From assembly GCA_021817045.1 (NCBI GenBank), contig JAKAWG010000001.1, forward strand, positions 3,739-67,738: DNA of 64,000 bases. The letters are read 5' to 3'. This stretch comes from Acidobacteriota bacterium (GTDB lineage Bacteria > Acidobacteriota > Terriglobia > UBA7540). The notes beneath the pieces are model-generated. The model was given only the letters and a program-made list of their open reading frames with translations. It was not told the origin of the DNA and made no database searches. Made by a program: the position numbers and the translations under genes. This document shows positions 1 through 9,569 of this stretch, piece by piece (within the stretch, counting starts at the first letter, position 1; each line of letters begins with the position of its first letter).

Positions 1-1
1 G

Positions 2-778
2 CGGCAAGCGATCGTGCAACTCGGCGCGCGCGAGGCTCCAGCCGGAGAGATGGAAGTGGTGCTCGCGCCGGGCTGGCCGGGTATCTTGCTACACGAGGCA
101 ATTGGGCACGGCCTGGAAGCCGACTTCAACCGCAAAGGTATTTCAGCCTTTAGCGGGCGCGTCGGGCAGCGCGTGGCCTCGGAAATGTGCACGGTGGTGG
201 ACGACGGCACGGTGCCGGCGCGGCGCGGCTCGCTGAACGTGGACGACGAAGGCGCGCCGACTCGCCAGACCGTGCTCATCGAGAGTGGCATTCTGCGCGG
301 CTATATGCAGGATAAGCTCAGCGCCGGCCTTACTCGCGCAGAGCGCACCGGGAACGGGCGACGCGAGAGTTATGAGCACATTCCCATGCCGCGTATGACG
401 AATACGTACATGCTGGCCGGCCAAGAAGATCCGCAAGAGATCATCCGCTCCGTGAAGCGCGGGCTTTATGCTGTCTATTTTGGCGGCGGACAGGTTGACA
501 TCACGAACGGCAAGTTCGTCTTCTCGGCATCCGAAGCCTACGTGATCGAGAACGGCAAAATCACAGCGCCAGTGAAAGGTGCAACCCTAATCGGCGATGG
601 GCCGACCGTCTTGACGTGCGTGACGGCTGTAGGCAACGACTTGCGGCTTGATCCCGGCATCGGAACGTGCGGGAAAGACGGGCAAAGCGTGCCGGTGGGC
701 GTTGGCATCCCGACGATCAAGGTGAGTCAGCTTACGGTTGGCGGCACAGCGCCAAGGGCGTCGTCGTCGTTCTCTTGA
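2..778 (+). CDS. tldD: TldD-family metalloprotease, C-terminal part (5' end outside window)
   Basis: The ORF is open to the window edge. The translation contains [14 protein letters not shown] (HExxxH zinc motif as in TldD). A pmbA-like gene follows immediately. Confidence 0.85.
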   Translation, partial: RQAIVQLGAREAPAGEMEVVLAPGWPGILLHEAIGHGLEADFNRKGISAFSGRVGQRVASEMCTVVDDGTVPARRGSLNVDDEGAPTRQTVLIESGILRGYMQDKLSAGLTRAERTGNGRRESYEHIPMPRMTNTYMLAGQEDPQEIIRSVKRGLYAVYFGGGQVDITNGKFVFSASEAYVIENGKITAPVKGATLIGDGPTVLTCVTAVGNDLRLDPGIGTCGKDGQSVPVGVGIPTIKVSQLTVGGTAPRASSSFS

Positions 779-789
779 TCTCAACAGGC

Positions 790-2142
790 ATGCCACAAGA
801 GCAGCTTGAACAAATCGCCAATGACCTGGTGGAACGCGCCGTCCGCGGTGGCGCGAGCGCAGCCGATGCCGTCGTGTCGGAAGCAGACGAGTTTTCCGTC
901 ACTGTGCGCATGAGACATATCGAAAGTCTTAAGGAAGCGGCCTCGAAGGCCCTGGGTTTGCGTGTCTTTATCGGCCAGCGGAGCGCCAGCTCCTATTCGA
1001 GCGATTTTTCGAAGCCCGCGCTTGACCGGCTGGTCGAGCGAACGCTGGTGATGGCCAAAATCACGTCGGAAGATCCACAAAGCGGCCTTCCGGAGGCGCG
1101 CGAGCTTGGCCACTACGACGGGGACTTACAGCTTTATTTCGGTGATGTTGCGGCGCTATCGACAACGGAACGGCTGGACCTGGCCCGGCGGGCGGAGGAG
1201 GCGGCGCTTAGCTTTAATCCGCGCATTCAGAATTCGGAGGGCGCCACATTTGACTCGACCACCGGCGCGAAGGCCTACGCCAATTCGCACGGCTTTTCAG
1301 GCAGCTACCGCTTTTCCACGTGTGCCCTGTCGGTGGTGCCCGTAGCGGTGAACGGCGGCGGGATGCAGCGGGATTACTGGTATTCAGTGGCGCGGCAGGC
1401 CGGCACGCTCGACCCGCCGGAGGCCATTGGCCGCAAGGCTGCCGCGCGAGCGATTGCCAAACTCGGCGCTCGCAAGATCGGTACCTGCCGCGTGCCGGTA
1501 ATCTTTGACGCGGAGACGGCGCGCACGCTGGTCGGCCACGTGTTTGAGGCGGTGCGGGGCGACTCGGTCTATCGAAGCGCCTCGTTTCTGGCGGGCAAGC
1601 TCGATGAGCAGGTGGCGGGCGAGAACGTGACTGTTCTCGACGACGGCCTGCGCCTGAGCGGGTTCGGGTCGCGTCCCTTTGACGACGAAGGTGTTCCAGC
1701 TTCGAGCACGGCAGTCATTGAAAACGGGCTGCTCCGCAACTACCTTCTGAACACTTACGCGGCGCGCAAGCTGCATCTCCGGACAACCGGTAACGCCTCG
1801 CGAGGTGTTGCGGGACCGCCGGCGGTCGGGCCGAAGAACTTTTATTTGGCGCCGGGGAAGCACCTGCTTGCGGAAATGATCCGTTCTGTCAAACAGGGTT
1901 TGCTCGTGACGGAGTTGATCGGCTTTGGCGTGAACATCGTGACCGGGGATTACTCGCGCGGAGCGGCGGGCATGTGGATTGAAAACGGCGAATTGGCTTA
2001 CCCGGTGGAGGAAATCACGATCGCAGGGACTCTGCCGGAGATGCTGCGGCACATCACAGAGATTGGCTCCGAGCTCGAATTCCGCGGCTCCATTGCAGCA
2101 CCGCCGATTCGGGTGGAAGGATTAACCGTCGCCGGCTTGTGA
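790..2142 (+). CDS. pmbA: PmbA/TldE-family protease partner
   Basis: ATG at 790 is in frame within ORF 667..2142 and lies 12 nt after the tldD stop. The roughly 450-aa PmbA-like sequence ends ...GSIAAPPIRVEGLTVAG. tldD-pmbA pairing is typical. Confidence 0.8.
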   Translation: MPQEQLEQIANDLVERAVRGGASAADAVVSEADEFSVTVRMRHIESLKEAASKALGLRVFIGQRSASSYSSDFSKPALDRLVERTLVMAKITSEDPQSGLPEARELGHYDGDLQLYFGDVAALSTTERLDLARRAEEAALSFNPRIQNSEGATFDSTTGAKAYANSHGFSGSYRFSTCALSVVPVAVNGGGMQRDYWYSVARQAGTLDPPEAIGRKAAARAIAKLGARKIGTCRVPVIFDAETARTLVGHVFEAVRGDSVYRSASFLAGKLDEQVAGENVTVLDDGLRLSGFGSRPFDDEGVPASSTAVIENGLLRNYLLNTYAARKLHLRTTGNASRGVAGPPAVGPKNFYLAPGKHLLAEMIRSVKQGLLVTELIGFGVNIVTGDYSRGAAGMWIENGELAYPVEEITIAGTLPEMLRHITEIGSELEFRGSIAAPPIRVEGLTVAGL

Positions 2143-2180
2143 GCTGAACGACTCAAACTTCGAATCTCCAGAACCTCCTA

Positions 2181-2636
2181 ATGGCTGAAGGCTCCACAAG
2201 CGCGAAATGGTTCTTGCTTTCGGCGGCGATGCTGGCCGTCGTCGTCGTCGTTTACGTATGGATCGAACATCGCAGCGCGCAACCCGTCACTGTCCACCAC
2301 GCGATGACGGCCGCAGAGAAGAATTATCTGAGTCAGATTACGGTTACAGATGCGAAGATGAGTTACGCCAGCAATTTTATGGGTGACAAGCTTTATTATC
2401 TCGACGCTCAATTGAACAATAAGGGGCCGAAAACGGTCCGGCAGCTTGACTTAAGGCTAAGCTTTATGGACCCCTTCGATGAAGTGGTCCTGCGCAAAAC
2501 CGCCAGCCCCGTTACTATGAAGACCTCTCCGCTCCGCGGCGGAGCAGCCCGAGCTCTTCATCTCACTTTCGAAAATTTGCCGGCCGAATGGAATAACGGC
2601 CCGCCCGCAATCGTTCCCACCTACGTCAGCTTTTAG
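2181..2636 (+). CDS. hypothetical membrane-anchored protein
   Basis: 151-aa ORF with a single N-terminal hydrophobic helix (FLLSAAMLAVVVVVYVWI). I recognise no family. Confidence 0.45.
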   Translation: MAEGSTSAKWFLLSAAMLAVVVVVYVWIEHRSAQPVTVHHAMTAAEKNYLSQITVTDAKMSYASNFMGDKLYYLDAQLNNKGPKTVRQLDLRLSFMDPFDEVVLRKTASPVTMKTSPLRGGAARALHLTFENLPAEWNNGPPAIVPTYVSF

Positions 2637-2643
2637 TCTGCGA

Positions 2644-3435
2644 TTATCCGCCGGTCCATCGTGGGCGGCGCTTCTCAAGAAAGGCGCTTAACCCTTCCCG
2701 AAAATCGCGCGTCGAACGAATTCGAGTGCTGGCGTCAATGGCCACTTCGAGTTCGCGATCAAGCTGAGCGCGCGCAAGATCCGCAAAAAGGCGTTTCGTG
2801 TACAGGATGCTCGTGGGGCTGGCGGCGAGCAACTGCCCGGCAACCTCTCGCGCCCTATCGCCCAGCCGCTCAGCCGGTATCACTTCGTTGACCAGGCCAA
2901 ACTTGCAAGCGTCTTCCGCGGTCAAAATGCGGCCGGTCAACAGAAGATCGCGGGCTCGTCTTTCACCGATCTGGCGGGCGAGAAAGACGGTGACGAAGGC
3001 CGGAACGAAACCGACAAGGACTTCTGTAAATCCAAGCTTCGCTTCAGGAACGGCGAGGCTGAAGTCGCAGAGCGTGGCAATGCCGCAGCCGCCGGCAATG
3101 GCATGCCCATTGATTGCAGCGACCAGCGGCTTTGGAAATTCGTAGAGGCGACGGAAGAGCGCGGCCACGGCGCGCGCATTCTCGCCGCTCAGGCCGGAAC
3201 TGCCGCTGCCCTCAGCCGCCAATGCCTTCAGCGCCGCCAGGTCCATGCCTGCACAAAAGGCCTTTCCCTCGCCGGTGAGGATCACGACGCGAGCAGCGCC
3301 GGACCCGATTTCGTCCAACGCGGACTGCAACTCCTCCATCATCGTAGGTGAAAGCGCGTTGCGCTTCTCAGGGCGGTTGAGCGTGAGTGTGGCGACGGAA
3401 TCGCGGATTTCGAGCGTTAAGGTGACGTAAGCCAT
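2644..3435 (-). CDS. enoyl-CoA hydratase (crotonase family), probable methylglutaconyl-CoA hydratase
   Basis: Crotonase-fold motifs are present (VVILTGEGKAFCAGMDL, INGHAIAGGCG). It is the last gene of a minus-strand run with MCCase beta and HMG-CoA lyase. Confidence 0.75.
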   Translation of the reverse strand: MAYVTLTLEIRDSVATLTLNRPEKRNALSPTMMEELQSALDEIGSGAARVVILTGEGKAFCAGMDLAALKALAAEGSGSSGLSGENARAVAALFRRLYEFPKPLVAAINGHAIAGGCGIATLCDFSLAVPEAKLGFTEVLVGFVPAFVTVFLARQIGERRARDLLLTGRILTAEDACKFGLVNEVIPAERLGDRAREVAGQLLAASPTSILYTKRLFADLARAQLDRELEVAIDASTRIRSTRDFREGLSAFLEKRRPRWTGG

Positions 3436-3447
3436 GATATGGAAGAT

Positions 3448-4362
3448 TCAGGCGTTCAAGTACTCGCGTCGCAGCTTCATGGTTGCCTCGACGGCCGTGC
3501 CGAGCGCTTCAGCGTCGATGCCGGTGGAGACGCCACGGTTGGCAATCGAGGAGACGATGGTTTCGGTGGGTATGTTTCCCACCAGGTTGTCACCCGCAAA
3601 AGGGCAGCCGCCGAGCCCTGTAAGGGCCCCGTCAAAGCGCCGGCAGCCCGCCTCAAACGCGGCAAGCACCTTCTCCGCGGCCTGCGCCGGGTGGCTGTGC
3701 AAGTGCACTCCGAGTTCGATGCTCTCCGCGCTGCTTCGAACCTGACGGTAGAGCTCGCCAACCTCTTTCGCGCCCGCCACACCCGCCGTATCCGCTAAGG
3801 ATACAGCCTTCACGCCCATGCCTTTCAGCCAGTCAAGAGCTTCCGCTGTCACTTCAGGACTCCACGGCTCGCTAAAAGGATTGCCAAAAGCCATAGAAAT
3901 GTAAACCACTAGTTCCAGTCCGGCTTCGCGCGAGGCGCGCTCCATCTTGTCGGCGAGCTGGCGCGATTCAGACTGGGACATGTGAGCGTTCTGGCGACGG
4001 AAATTGGCAGAGACGGAGTAGGGGTAGCCGAGCGTCGTGACTCCGGGTGCGGCGAGCGCCCTCTTCAAGCCCTGCTCGTTGACGACGATGCCGATCAGGT
4101 CCACAACCTGAGTTGGCTGGCGAGGCTTGTTTTCGTCTTCGCGTGCCGCAAGTGTATCTTTCGCGCTCAACGCTCGCAGCACTTGCTCGCAGTCCGCCAT
4201 CTGCGGTACATACTTAGGTGCCACGAAACTGACGGCGTCCAGGTGAGTGAAGCCGGCGCCTATGAGCGTGCGAAGATAAGCGGCCTTCGCCTGGGTAGGA
4301 ATGATTTTCTGAAGGCCCTGCCAGGCGTCGCGGGGACATTCGATGAGTTTGACTCGCTCCAC
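3448..4362 (-). CDS. hydroxymethylglutaryl-CoA lyase-like (HMGL family)
   Basis: HMGL-type TIM barrel signatures are present: IECPRDAWQG, VHLHSHP and GLGGCPFAG. The neighbours are leucine-catabolism genes. Confidence 0.75.
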   Translation of the reverse strand: MERVKLIECPRDAWQGLQKIIPTQAKAAYLRTLIGAGFTHLDAVSFVAPKYVPQMADCEQVLRALSAKDTLAAREDENKPRQPTQVVDLIGIVVNEQGLKRALAAPGVTTLGYPYSVSANFRRQNAHMSQSESRQLADKMERASREAGLELVVYISMAFGNPFSEPWSPEVTAEALDWLKGMGVKAVSLADTAGVAGAKEVGELYRQVRSSAESIELGVHLHSHPAQAAEKVLAAFEAGCRRFDGALTGLGGCPFAGDNLVGNIPTETIVSSIANRGVSTGIDAEALGTAVEATMKLRREYLNA

Positions 4363-4536
4363 GTTACGTCCGCCTCGAGACTCTCGCCCAAGATATTCGA
4401 ATTTCGACCCTTAAATGGCTTCACCACAAAGGAAGCAAAGCACAAAGAAGAGAGACGACGAGAGACGAGGTACGACCGGTCGCTCGTGTCTGCTTTTCCT
4501 GGTATTCTCATGCCTTAGTGGTAACGAGTGACTCTT

Positions 4537-6213
4537 TTACGTTTGCAAAACTCCTGTCTTGAATTCTGGCACGCTGGGGTTCAGCGCCGCCGCTTCAAGC
4601 GCCCAAATGATCGCTTCGCGGGTCTCCGCCGGGTCGATAATCGCGTCCACCCACAGGCGCGCGGCAGCGTAGCGCGGGTCCTCCTGGCGCTCATACGTGG
4701 CACGGATCAATTGCGAGAGCTCTTCTCGCTCGTTGTCGCCTAGTGTTCGTCCCTCGCGCTCAAGCTGCCGGAGCCGGATCTCAACCAGGGTGCTAGCCGC
4801 CGACTCGCCACTCATTACAGCGTATCGAGCCGTGGGCCAGGCGAAGATGAACCTCGGATCGTACGCTTTCCCGCACATCGCATAATGACCGGCCCCGAAG
4901 CTGCCTCCGCAGATCACGGTGATCTTCGGGACGACGCTGTTGGCGACGGCGTTGACCATCTTGGCGCCCGCCCGGATGATACCGCTCCATTCGGCTTCTT
5001 TGCCCACCATGAAGCCGTTTACGTCGTGCAGAAAAACCAGCGGGATGCGGTTCTGGTTACAGTCCATGATAAACCGGGCGGCCTTTTCGGCTGAGGCCGT
5101 GTAGATGACGCCACCGAACTCGATTCGCTTTTCACCTCTTCCCGGGCTTACGGCCTGGGCATTCATCTTCTGATTGGCCACGATGCCTGCGGCCCAGCCG
5201 CCTATCCGCGTATAACCGCAAAGCACCGTCTGGCCATACTCGGCCTTGTATTCCTCGAAAGCTGAGCCGTCCACAATGCGGGCAATGATGTCACGCATGT
5301 CATATTGCCGGGCGGGATCGTCCGAGAAGACGCCATAAACCTCTTCGGGTGGATATGCTGGCGGTTCAGGCGTCTGATAATCAAACGTCGGCGGCGGTCC
5401 GGCGCCGGTCTTGTCAATCAGCGCTCGGATGCGCTCGATGCAAGCGGCATCGTCTGGCTCGCGGAAATCGACCGTTCCGCTGATGCGGGAGTGGACCGCC
5501 GCGCCGCCCAATTCTTCGGCAGGCGTCCGCTGACCGATCGCGGCCTGCACGAGCGCGGGGCCTGCAAGAAACAGCCCGCTACCCTCGGTCATCAGCACGT
5601 GGTCGCACATCACTGGCAGGTAAGCTCCTCCCGCCACGCACATGCCCATGATGGCGGTGATCTGTGGAATGCCACGCGCGCTCATCACCGCGTTATTCCG
5701 GAAGACGCGGCCAAAATCGTCGGTGTCGGGGAAGACGTCCTCCTGCAAGGGCAGAAAGATACCGGAGGAATCGACTAGGTAGACCGTGGGAACATGGTTT
5801 TCCAGCGCGATGTTCTGAACGCGAATCACTTTTTTCACCGTTTGTGGAAAGAACGCGCCCGCTTTCACTGTGGCATCGTTGGCAATAATCATAACCAGCC
5901 GCCCGTGAATCCGGCCGAGACCGGTGATGACGCCAGCGGCTGGCGCGTCGCCCCATTCAGAGTACATCTGGTAGGCGGCGTAAATGCCCAACTCAAAGAA
6001 CTCGCTCGCCGGGTCGATGAGTCTACCGATTCGTTCGCGCGCGGTGAGCCGCCCCTTCGCGTGCTGTGCTTCCACGGCGCGCTCTCCGCCTCCTTGGCGA
6101 ATCAGGTCCTCTTCGGTCTTGATCCGCGCCACAAGGTCAACCATGCGGCGCGTGTTCTTTTCGAACTCCTGCGAATACGGATCAACGGTGCTGCGAATCT
6201 GGCTGCGAGGCAA
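4537..6213 (-). CDS. acyl-CoA carboxylase carboxyltransferase (beta) subunit, probable methylcrotonoyl-CoA carboxylase beta
   Basis: A carboxyltransferase domain runs throughout (GGGERAVEAQHAKGRLTARERI ... GGAYLPVM ... GGSFGAGHYAMCG). The longest ORF reaches 6411, but family-like sequence starts near an in-frame TTG at 6213, so the start is uncertain. Confidence 0.8.
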   Translation of the reverse strand: MPRSQIRSTVDPYSQEFEKNTRRMVDLVARIKTEEDLIRQGGGERAVEAQHAKGRLTARERIGRLIDPASEFFELGIYAAYQMYSEWGDAPAAGVITGLGRIHGRLVMIIANDATVKAGAFFPQTVKKVIRVQNIALENHVPTVYLVDSSGIFLPLQEDVFPDTDDFGRVFRNNAVMSARGIPQITAIMGMCVAGGAYLPVMCDHVLMTEGSGLFLAGPALVQAAIGQRTPAEELGGAAVHSRISGTVDFREPDDAACIERIRALIDKTGAGPPPTFDYQTPEPPAYPPEEVYGVFSDDPARQYDMRDIIARIVDGSAFEEYKAEYGQTVLCGYTRIGGWAAGIVANQKMNAQAVSPGRGEKRIEFGGVIYTASAEKAARFIMDCNQNRIPLVFLHDVNGFMVGKEAEWSGIIRAGAKMVNAVANSVVPKITVICGGSFGAGHYAMCGKAYDPRFIFAWPTARYAVMSGESAASTLVEIRLRQLEREGRTLGDNEREELSQLIRATYERQEDPRYAAARLWVDAIIDPAETREAIIWALEAAALNPSVPEFKTGVLQT

Positions 6214-6442
6214 ACGGGCGTCCTCCGGCTTGCGAGACCAGTATAAGCGGCTTTTGTGCCCGATTGAATGGCTTTCAGGGGCCCGGAAAAACTCATCCAA
6301 GGGAACCAAACTGACGATAAGAGTAGACGGCAGCAAGAAGTAATTCGTAAGGCGGCGAGAAACGCTGTTTTCTCTCAGCGAAAAAGCCAATGCCAGGTAG
6401 ACAACAGGCATTCTATGAATATGGAATAACCCATATATGGGA

Positions 6443-6472
6443 TTGACAAATTAGTAATAACCCTGTTAGAAA
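6443..6472 (+). promoter_or_regulatory. candidate sigma70-type promoter upstream of pilM
   Basis: TTGACA (6443-6448), a 17-18 nt spacer, then TTAGAA/TAGAAA. It is preceded by the perfect 12-bp palindrome CCCATATATGGG (6430-6441). Confidence 0.3.
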
Positions 6473-6575
6473 TAAGAGCGAGAAGCTTGCCTTACAGTCG
6501 ACCTGACCGGAAGGCGGAAAAGCAGGACCAGCACCGATAGAGGTTTCAGTGGGACCGACAAGCCTGAGGGAAACG

Positions 6576-7643
6576 ATGTTCTGGTCGCGAAAGAAAAAGA
6601 GCTTTCCAGCCCTGGTGGGGCTTGATATTGGTTCGAGCTCTGTAAAGGCCGTTCAGCTCAAGCAGAGCGGCGGCCGGTATGAGCTCGTCAACCTGGCCGT
6701 CGATCAACTGAGCCAGGACAGCATCGTAGACGGCGCCATTATGGACACGCTCTCGGTCTCCTCGGCGATCGAGAGAGTGTTTGACCAGAACAAGATCGCA
6801 ACCCCAAATGTCGCCACCTCAGTTTCTGGCCATTCCGTGATCGTGAAGCGCATCACGGTCAAAGCGACGACGGAGGAGGAGTTGGAGCGCGCCGTGCAGC
6901 AGGAAGCCCTGCAGCACATCCGCTTCGACCTATCCGAAGTGAACCTCAGCTACCACGTGCTTGGACCGGCGGCGAATGGCGATGAACTGGACGTGTTTCT
7001 GCTAGCGGTGAAAAACGAAAAGATTCAGAGTCATACCGACGTGCTCGCCCAAGCCAACAAGACCCCTCTCGTCATGGATATTGATGCCTTCGCCATGCAG
7101 AACGCTTTCGAGAACAGCTACGAGCCGCCCGCTGACCAGATTATCGCGCTGCTGAACATCGGTGCCAGCATCATGAACATCAACATCACGCGCGCCGGCA
7201 TGCCAATGTTTACCCGTGACGTTTCGGTGGGAGGCAACCAGTATACCGATATCCTGCAAAAAGAGCTGGATCTCAGCTTCGAAGACGCGGAAAAGCTGAA
7301 GATGGGTCACACCCTGCCCGGCGTCGCTCCTGATGCGGCGTTGCCCTATTTGCGGTCCGTCTCCGAGCTCCTCTTGCTTGAGATTCAAAAGACGTTTGAC
7401 TTTTTCCGCCACACCACCTCGACGGATCCTATTAACGCGATTTATTTGGCGGGAGGAACGGCACGAGTTCAAGGCCTGACGGACTTGCTTAAGGCGGAGT
7501 TCAACGTGCCGGTTGAGATCCTGAATCCCTTTCGCAAGATGCACTTCAGCCCGGAGAAATTTGATCCTGAATTCGTCGCCGAGCACGCCCCTCGGATGAC
7601 GGTGGCGGTGGGTTTGGCGCTGAGGAGTTTTGACACGGCATGA
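6576..7643 (+). CDS. pilM: type IV pilus assembly protein PilM
   Basis: Actin-like ATPase fold with LVGLDIGSSSVKAV near the N terminus. ATG at 6576 has a GAGGG RBS. It is the first gene of the pilMNOPQ order. Confidence 0.85.
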   Translation: MFWSRKKKSFPALVGLDIGSSSVKAVQLKQSGGRYELVNLAVDQLSQDSIVDGAIMDTLSVSSAIERVFDQNKIATPNVATSVSGHSVIVKRITVKATTEEELERAVQQEALQHIRFDLSEVNLSYHVLGPAANGDELDVFLLAVKNEKIQSHTDVLAQANKTPLVMDIDAFAMQNAFENSYEPPADQIIALLNIGASIMNINITRAGMPMFTRDVSVGGNQYTDILQKELDLSFEDAEKLKMGHTLPGVAPDAALPYLRSVSELLLLEIQKTFDFFRHTTSTDPINAIYLAGGTARVQGLTDLLKAEFNVPVEILNPFRKMHFSPEKFDPEFVAEHAPRMTVAVGLALRSFDTA

Positions 7644-8269
7644 TCCGCATTAATCTGATCCAGCCGGCCAAGCGGGAAGCGGAACCAAAAGCCCAGGAGC
7701 CGCTGGCGCTCGCGCAAAAAAAAGAGATTTACCCTCTGGCCAGTTTTGTCCTTTGCGGGGCGGTGATGGGGTTGATTTATTGGAACATCAACCGGCACAT
7801 CTCCAATTACACCGCTAAGATTGCCGTCGAGCGACAAGAAGCCGTGCGCTTGGCGGCCGTTCAGGCCCAGAACGAGACGTACCAGCGCCAACTCGCCGCG
7901 ATTAACCAGCACATCCAGTTGATTCAAACCCTGGAGCGGAACCGAACCGGGCCGCAGCAGCTCCTAGGACAACTCGGCGCGGCAGTGGACAAGATTAATG
8001 GCCTCTATCTGCTTTCCGTGGATAATTCGAAGGCGCGTTTAGCCATCCACGGAGAAGCCGACTACGTGAACGGTATTGCGGACTTTGTCGGCGAACTTCA
8101 GGGTCTGCCGGCTTTCACCGACGTGCAACTGCGGCAGGTCTTTGAGAATGACATTGGAAGCCGAATCAATTTCAGGTTCGACCTGGATTGCCTCTATTCA
8201 CCTCCTGTGGAGGCGCCGCCCCTTCTAGCGGCCCCCACCGGCTCCGAGGGGCGACGAACAGGCCGGTGA
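7640..8269 (+). CDS. pilN: type IV pilus assembly protein PilN
   Basis: The start overlaps the pilM stop (ATGA). The MIRINLI start, one TM helix and a coiled-coil region are typical of PilN. Confidence 0.75.
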   Translation: MIRINLIQPAKREAEPKAQEPLALAQKKEIYPLASFVLCGAVMGLIYWNINRHISNYTAKIAVERQEAVRLAAVQAQNETYQRQLAAINQHIQLIQTLERNRTGPQQLLGQLGAAVDKINGLYLLSVDNSKARLAIHGEADYVNGIADFVGELQGLPAFTDVQLRQVFENDIGSRINFRFDLDCLYSPPVEAPPLLAAPTGSEGRRTGR

Positions 8270-8287
8270 CGCTGAGGAGAACCTTCC

Positions 8288-8914
8288 ATGGCAGGTAAAC
8301 AATTCAGCGATCTCACCCCGCAACAGCAGGGTATTGTTCTGGCGCTCCTGCCTTTAGTGCTGGCGGCTGTCGTTTATTACGAAATGTTGATGCCGTTGGG
8401 AGAAAAAGCCAACGCTCTGAAGACGCAATGGGCTACGTTACATGCGCAAAATTTGCGCGGGCGGGCGCTCGAATCGCAGCGAGCCGATCTGGTGAAGCGG
8501 ATCGCGGAGGCGAACAAGCAATTAAGCACGCTCGAGCAGATCGTGCCTGACACCCCTGCCGAGGACCAATTCGTCAAAATGGTTTATGGAACGGCCGCAT
8601 TGTCATCTGTACACGTGCGCTCATTCATTGAGCAGCCTCCCCTGCGCCAAGCCTACGATACCGAAATGCCCTTTGGGCTGCACTTGGACGGCACATACTT
8701 CGCCATCTTGGATTTTTTCAACCGGCTTGAAAGCAGCGCAAGGATTGTCAATGTTTCCGATCTTACGCTGGGCCCGCCGGTCGGCACCGGTGGGAAGGGA
8801 GTGTATAAGATCGGGCCACAGGAGACGGTGGGCGCGAACTGCACCCTCACGACGTTTTACAACAGCCCTCCTCCCCCTCCTGTTAAGAAGCCTCCTGGCG
8901 CTCCTAGGCGCTAA
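8288..8914 (+). CDS. pilO: type IV pilus assembly protein PilO
   Basis: GAGGAG RBS, one TM helix, a coiled coil and a ferredoxin-like C-terminal part. It lies between pilN and pilQ. Confidence 0.7.
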   Translation: MAGKQFSDLTPQQQGIVLALLPLVLAAVVYYEMLMPLGEKANALKTQWATLHAQNLRGRALESQRADLVKRIAEANKQLSTLEQIVPDTPAEDQFVKMVYGTAALSSVHVRSFIEQPPLRQAYDTEMPFGLHLDGTYFAILDFFNRLESSARIVNVSDLTLGPPVGTGGKGVYKIGPQETVGANCTLTTFYNSPPPPPVKKPPGAPRR

Positions 8915-8930
8915 GAGATGGGACATTAAA

Positions 8931-9569
8931 ATGAGCACCACACCATTGTTGCGGCTTAAGAGAGAGAGACGCCGGGTGCAAAGTCGCGGCGCAGCGGCCA
9001 AGTTGCGGTTGGATTTCCGCGCGGCGCCAAGTATCGGGTCTTTGGTGGCGCTCGTGTTGGCGGTACTCTTGTTTTCACCGCTATCGGTGAGGGCCACGGC
9101 GAAAACGGAAGTCAAGGGATCGCCCGCTCCGAGCGAGCCGAGCGGGGCGACTGAAGCGCCGGCGCCGGTGCAATGGAACCCAGGTGTTGCCCGGTTGAAC
9201 GATTACGGGAACAGAGATCCGTTCAGGCTTCCCCCGCCCCCGCCGCCTCCGGGCAAAGGCGGTCTAAAACCGGCAAGGAATGCAGGTCTGAGTCTCAATC
9301 TCCCGCCGGGACCTGCCGGTCTCCTGGTTGATCAAATACAGCTTCGAGGGATCGTGGTCGACGGCGCGGACGACGACATGATCGGGATCGTAACCACCGA
9401 TGGTGCTGACCGCGCCTACTTCTTGCAGCCCGGAGAGGCCGTCCACGACGGCACTGTCGAGCAAATCACGACCAGCGCAATCTATTTTCGCCAGCGAATT
9501 TCAGACGCTCACGGCGGCGTAAGCTTCCGGCAAGTCGTGAAACACCTGAATCCGAGGAAAGGGTCATGA
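8931..9569 (+). CDS. PilP-like pilus assembly protein (proline-rich linker)
   Basis: Internal ATG at 8931 in ORF 8586..9569 avoids overlap with pilO. It has a TM/signal segment (LVALVLAVLLFSPL) and a C-terminal beta domain, and its stop overlaps the pilQ start. Confidence 0.5.
   Translation: MSTTPLLRLKRERRRVQSRGAAAKLRLDFRAAPSIGSLVALVLAVLLFSPLSVRATAKTEVKGSPAPSEPSGATEAPAPVQWNPGVARLNDYGNRDPFRLPPPPPPPGKGGLKPARNAGLSLNLPPGPAGLLVDQIQLRGIVVDGADDDMIGIVTTDGADRAYFLQPGEAVHDGTVEQITTSAIYFRQRISDAHGGVSFRQVVKHLNPRKGS

Noticed and set aside
6214-6411. 66-codon N-terminal extension of the MCCase beta ORF (MPVVYLALAFSLRENSV...)
   Set aside because: It is not family-like. Homology to carboxyltransferases begins near the in-frame TTG at 6213. 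The extension runs into the AT-rich promoter region.
8586-8930. N-terminal 115 codons of ORF 8586..9569 overlapping pilO
   Set aside because: This part overlaps the pilO coding frame almost entirely and reads as non-protein-like. The internal ATG at 8931 gives a sensible PilP-like protein directly after pilO.
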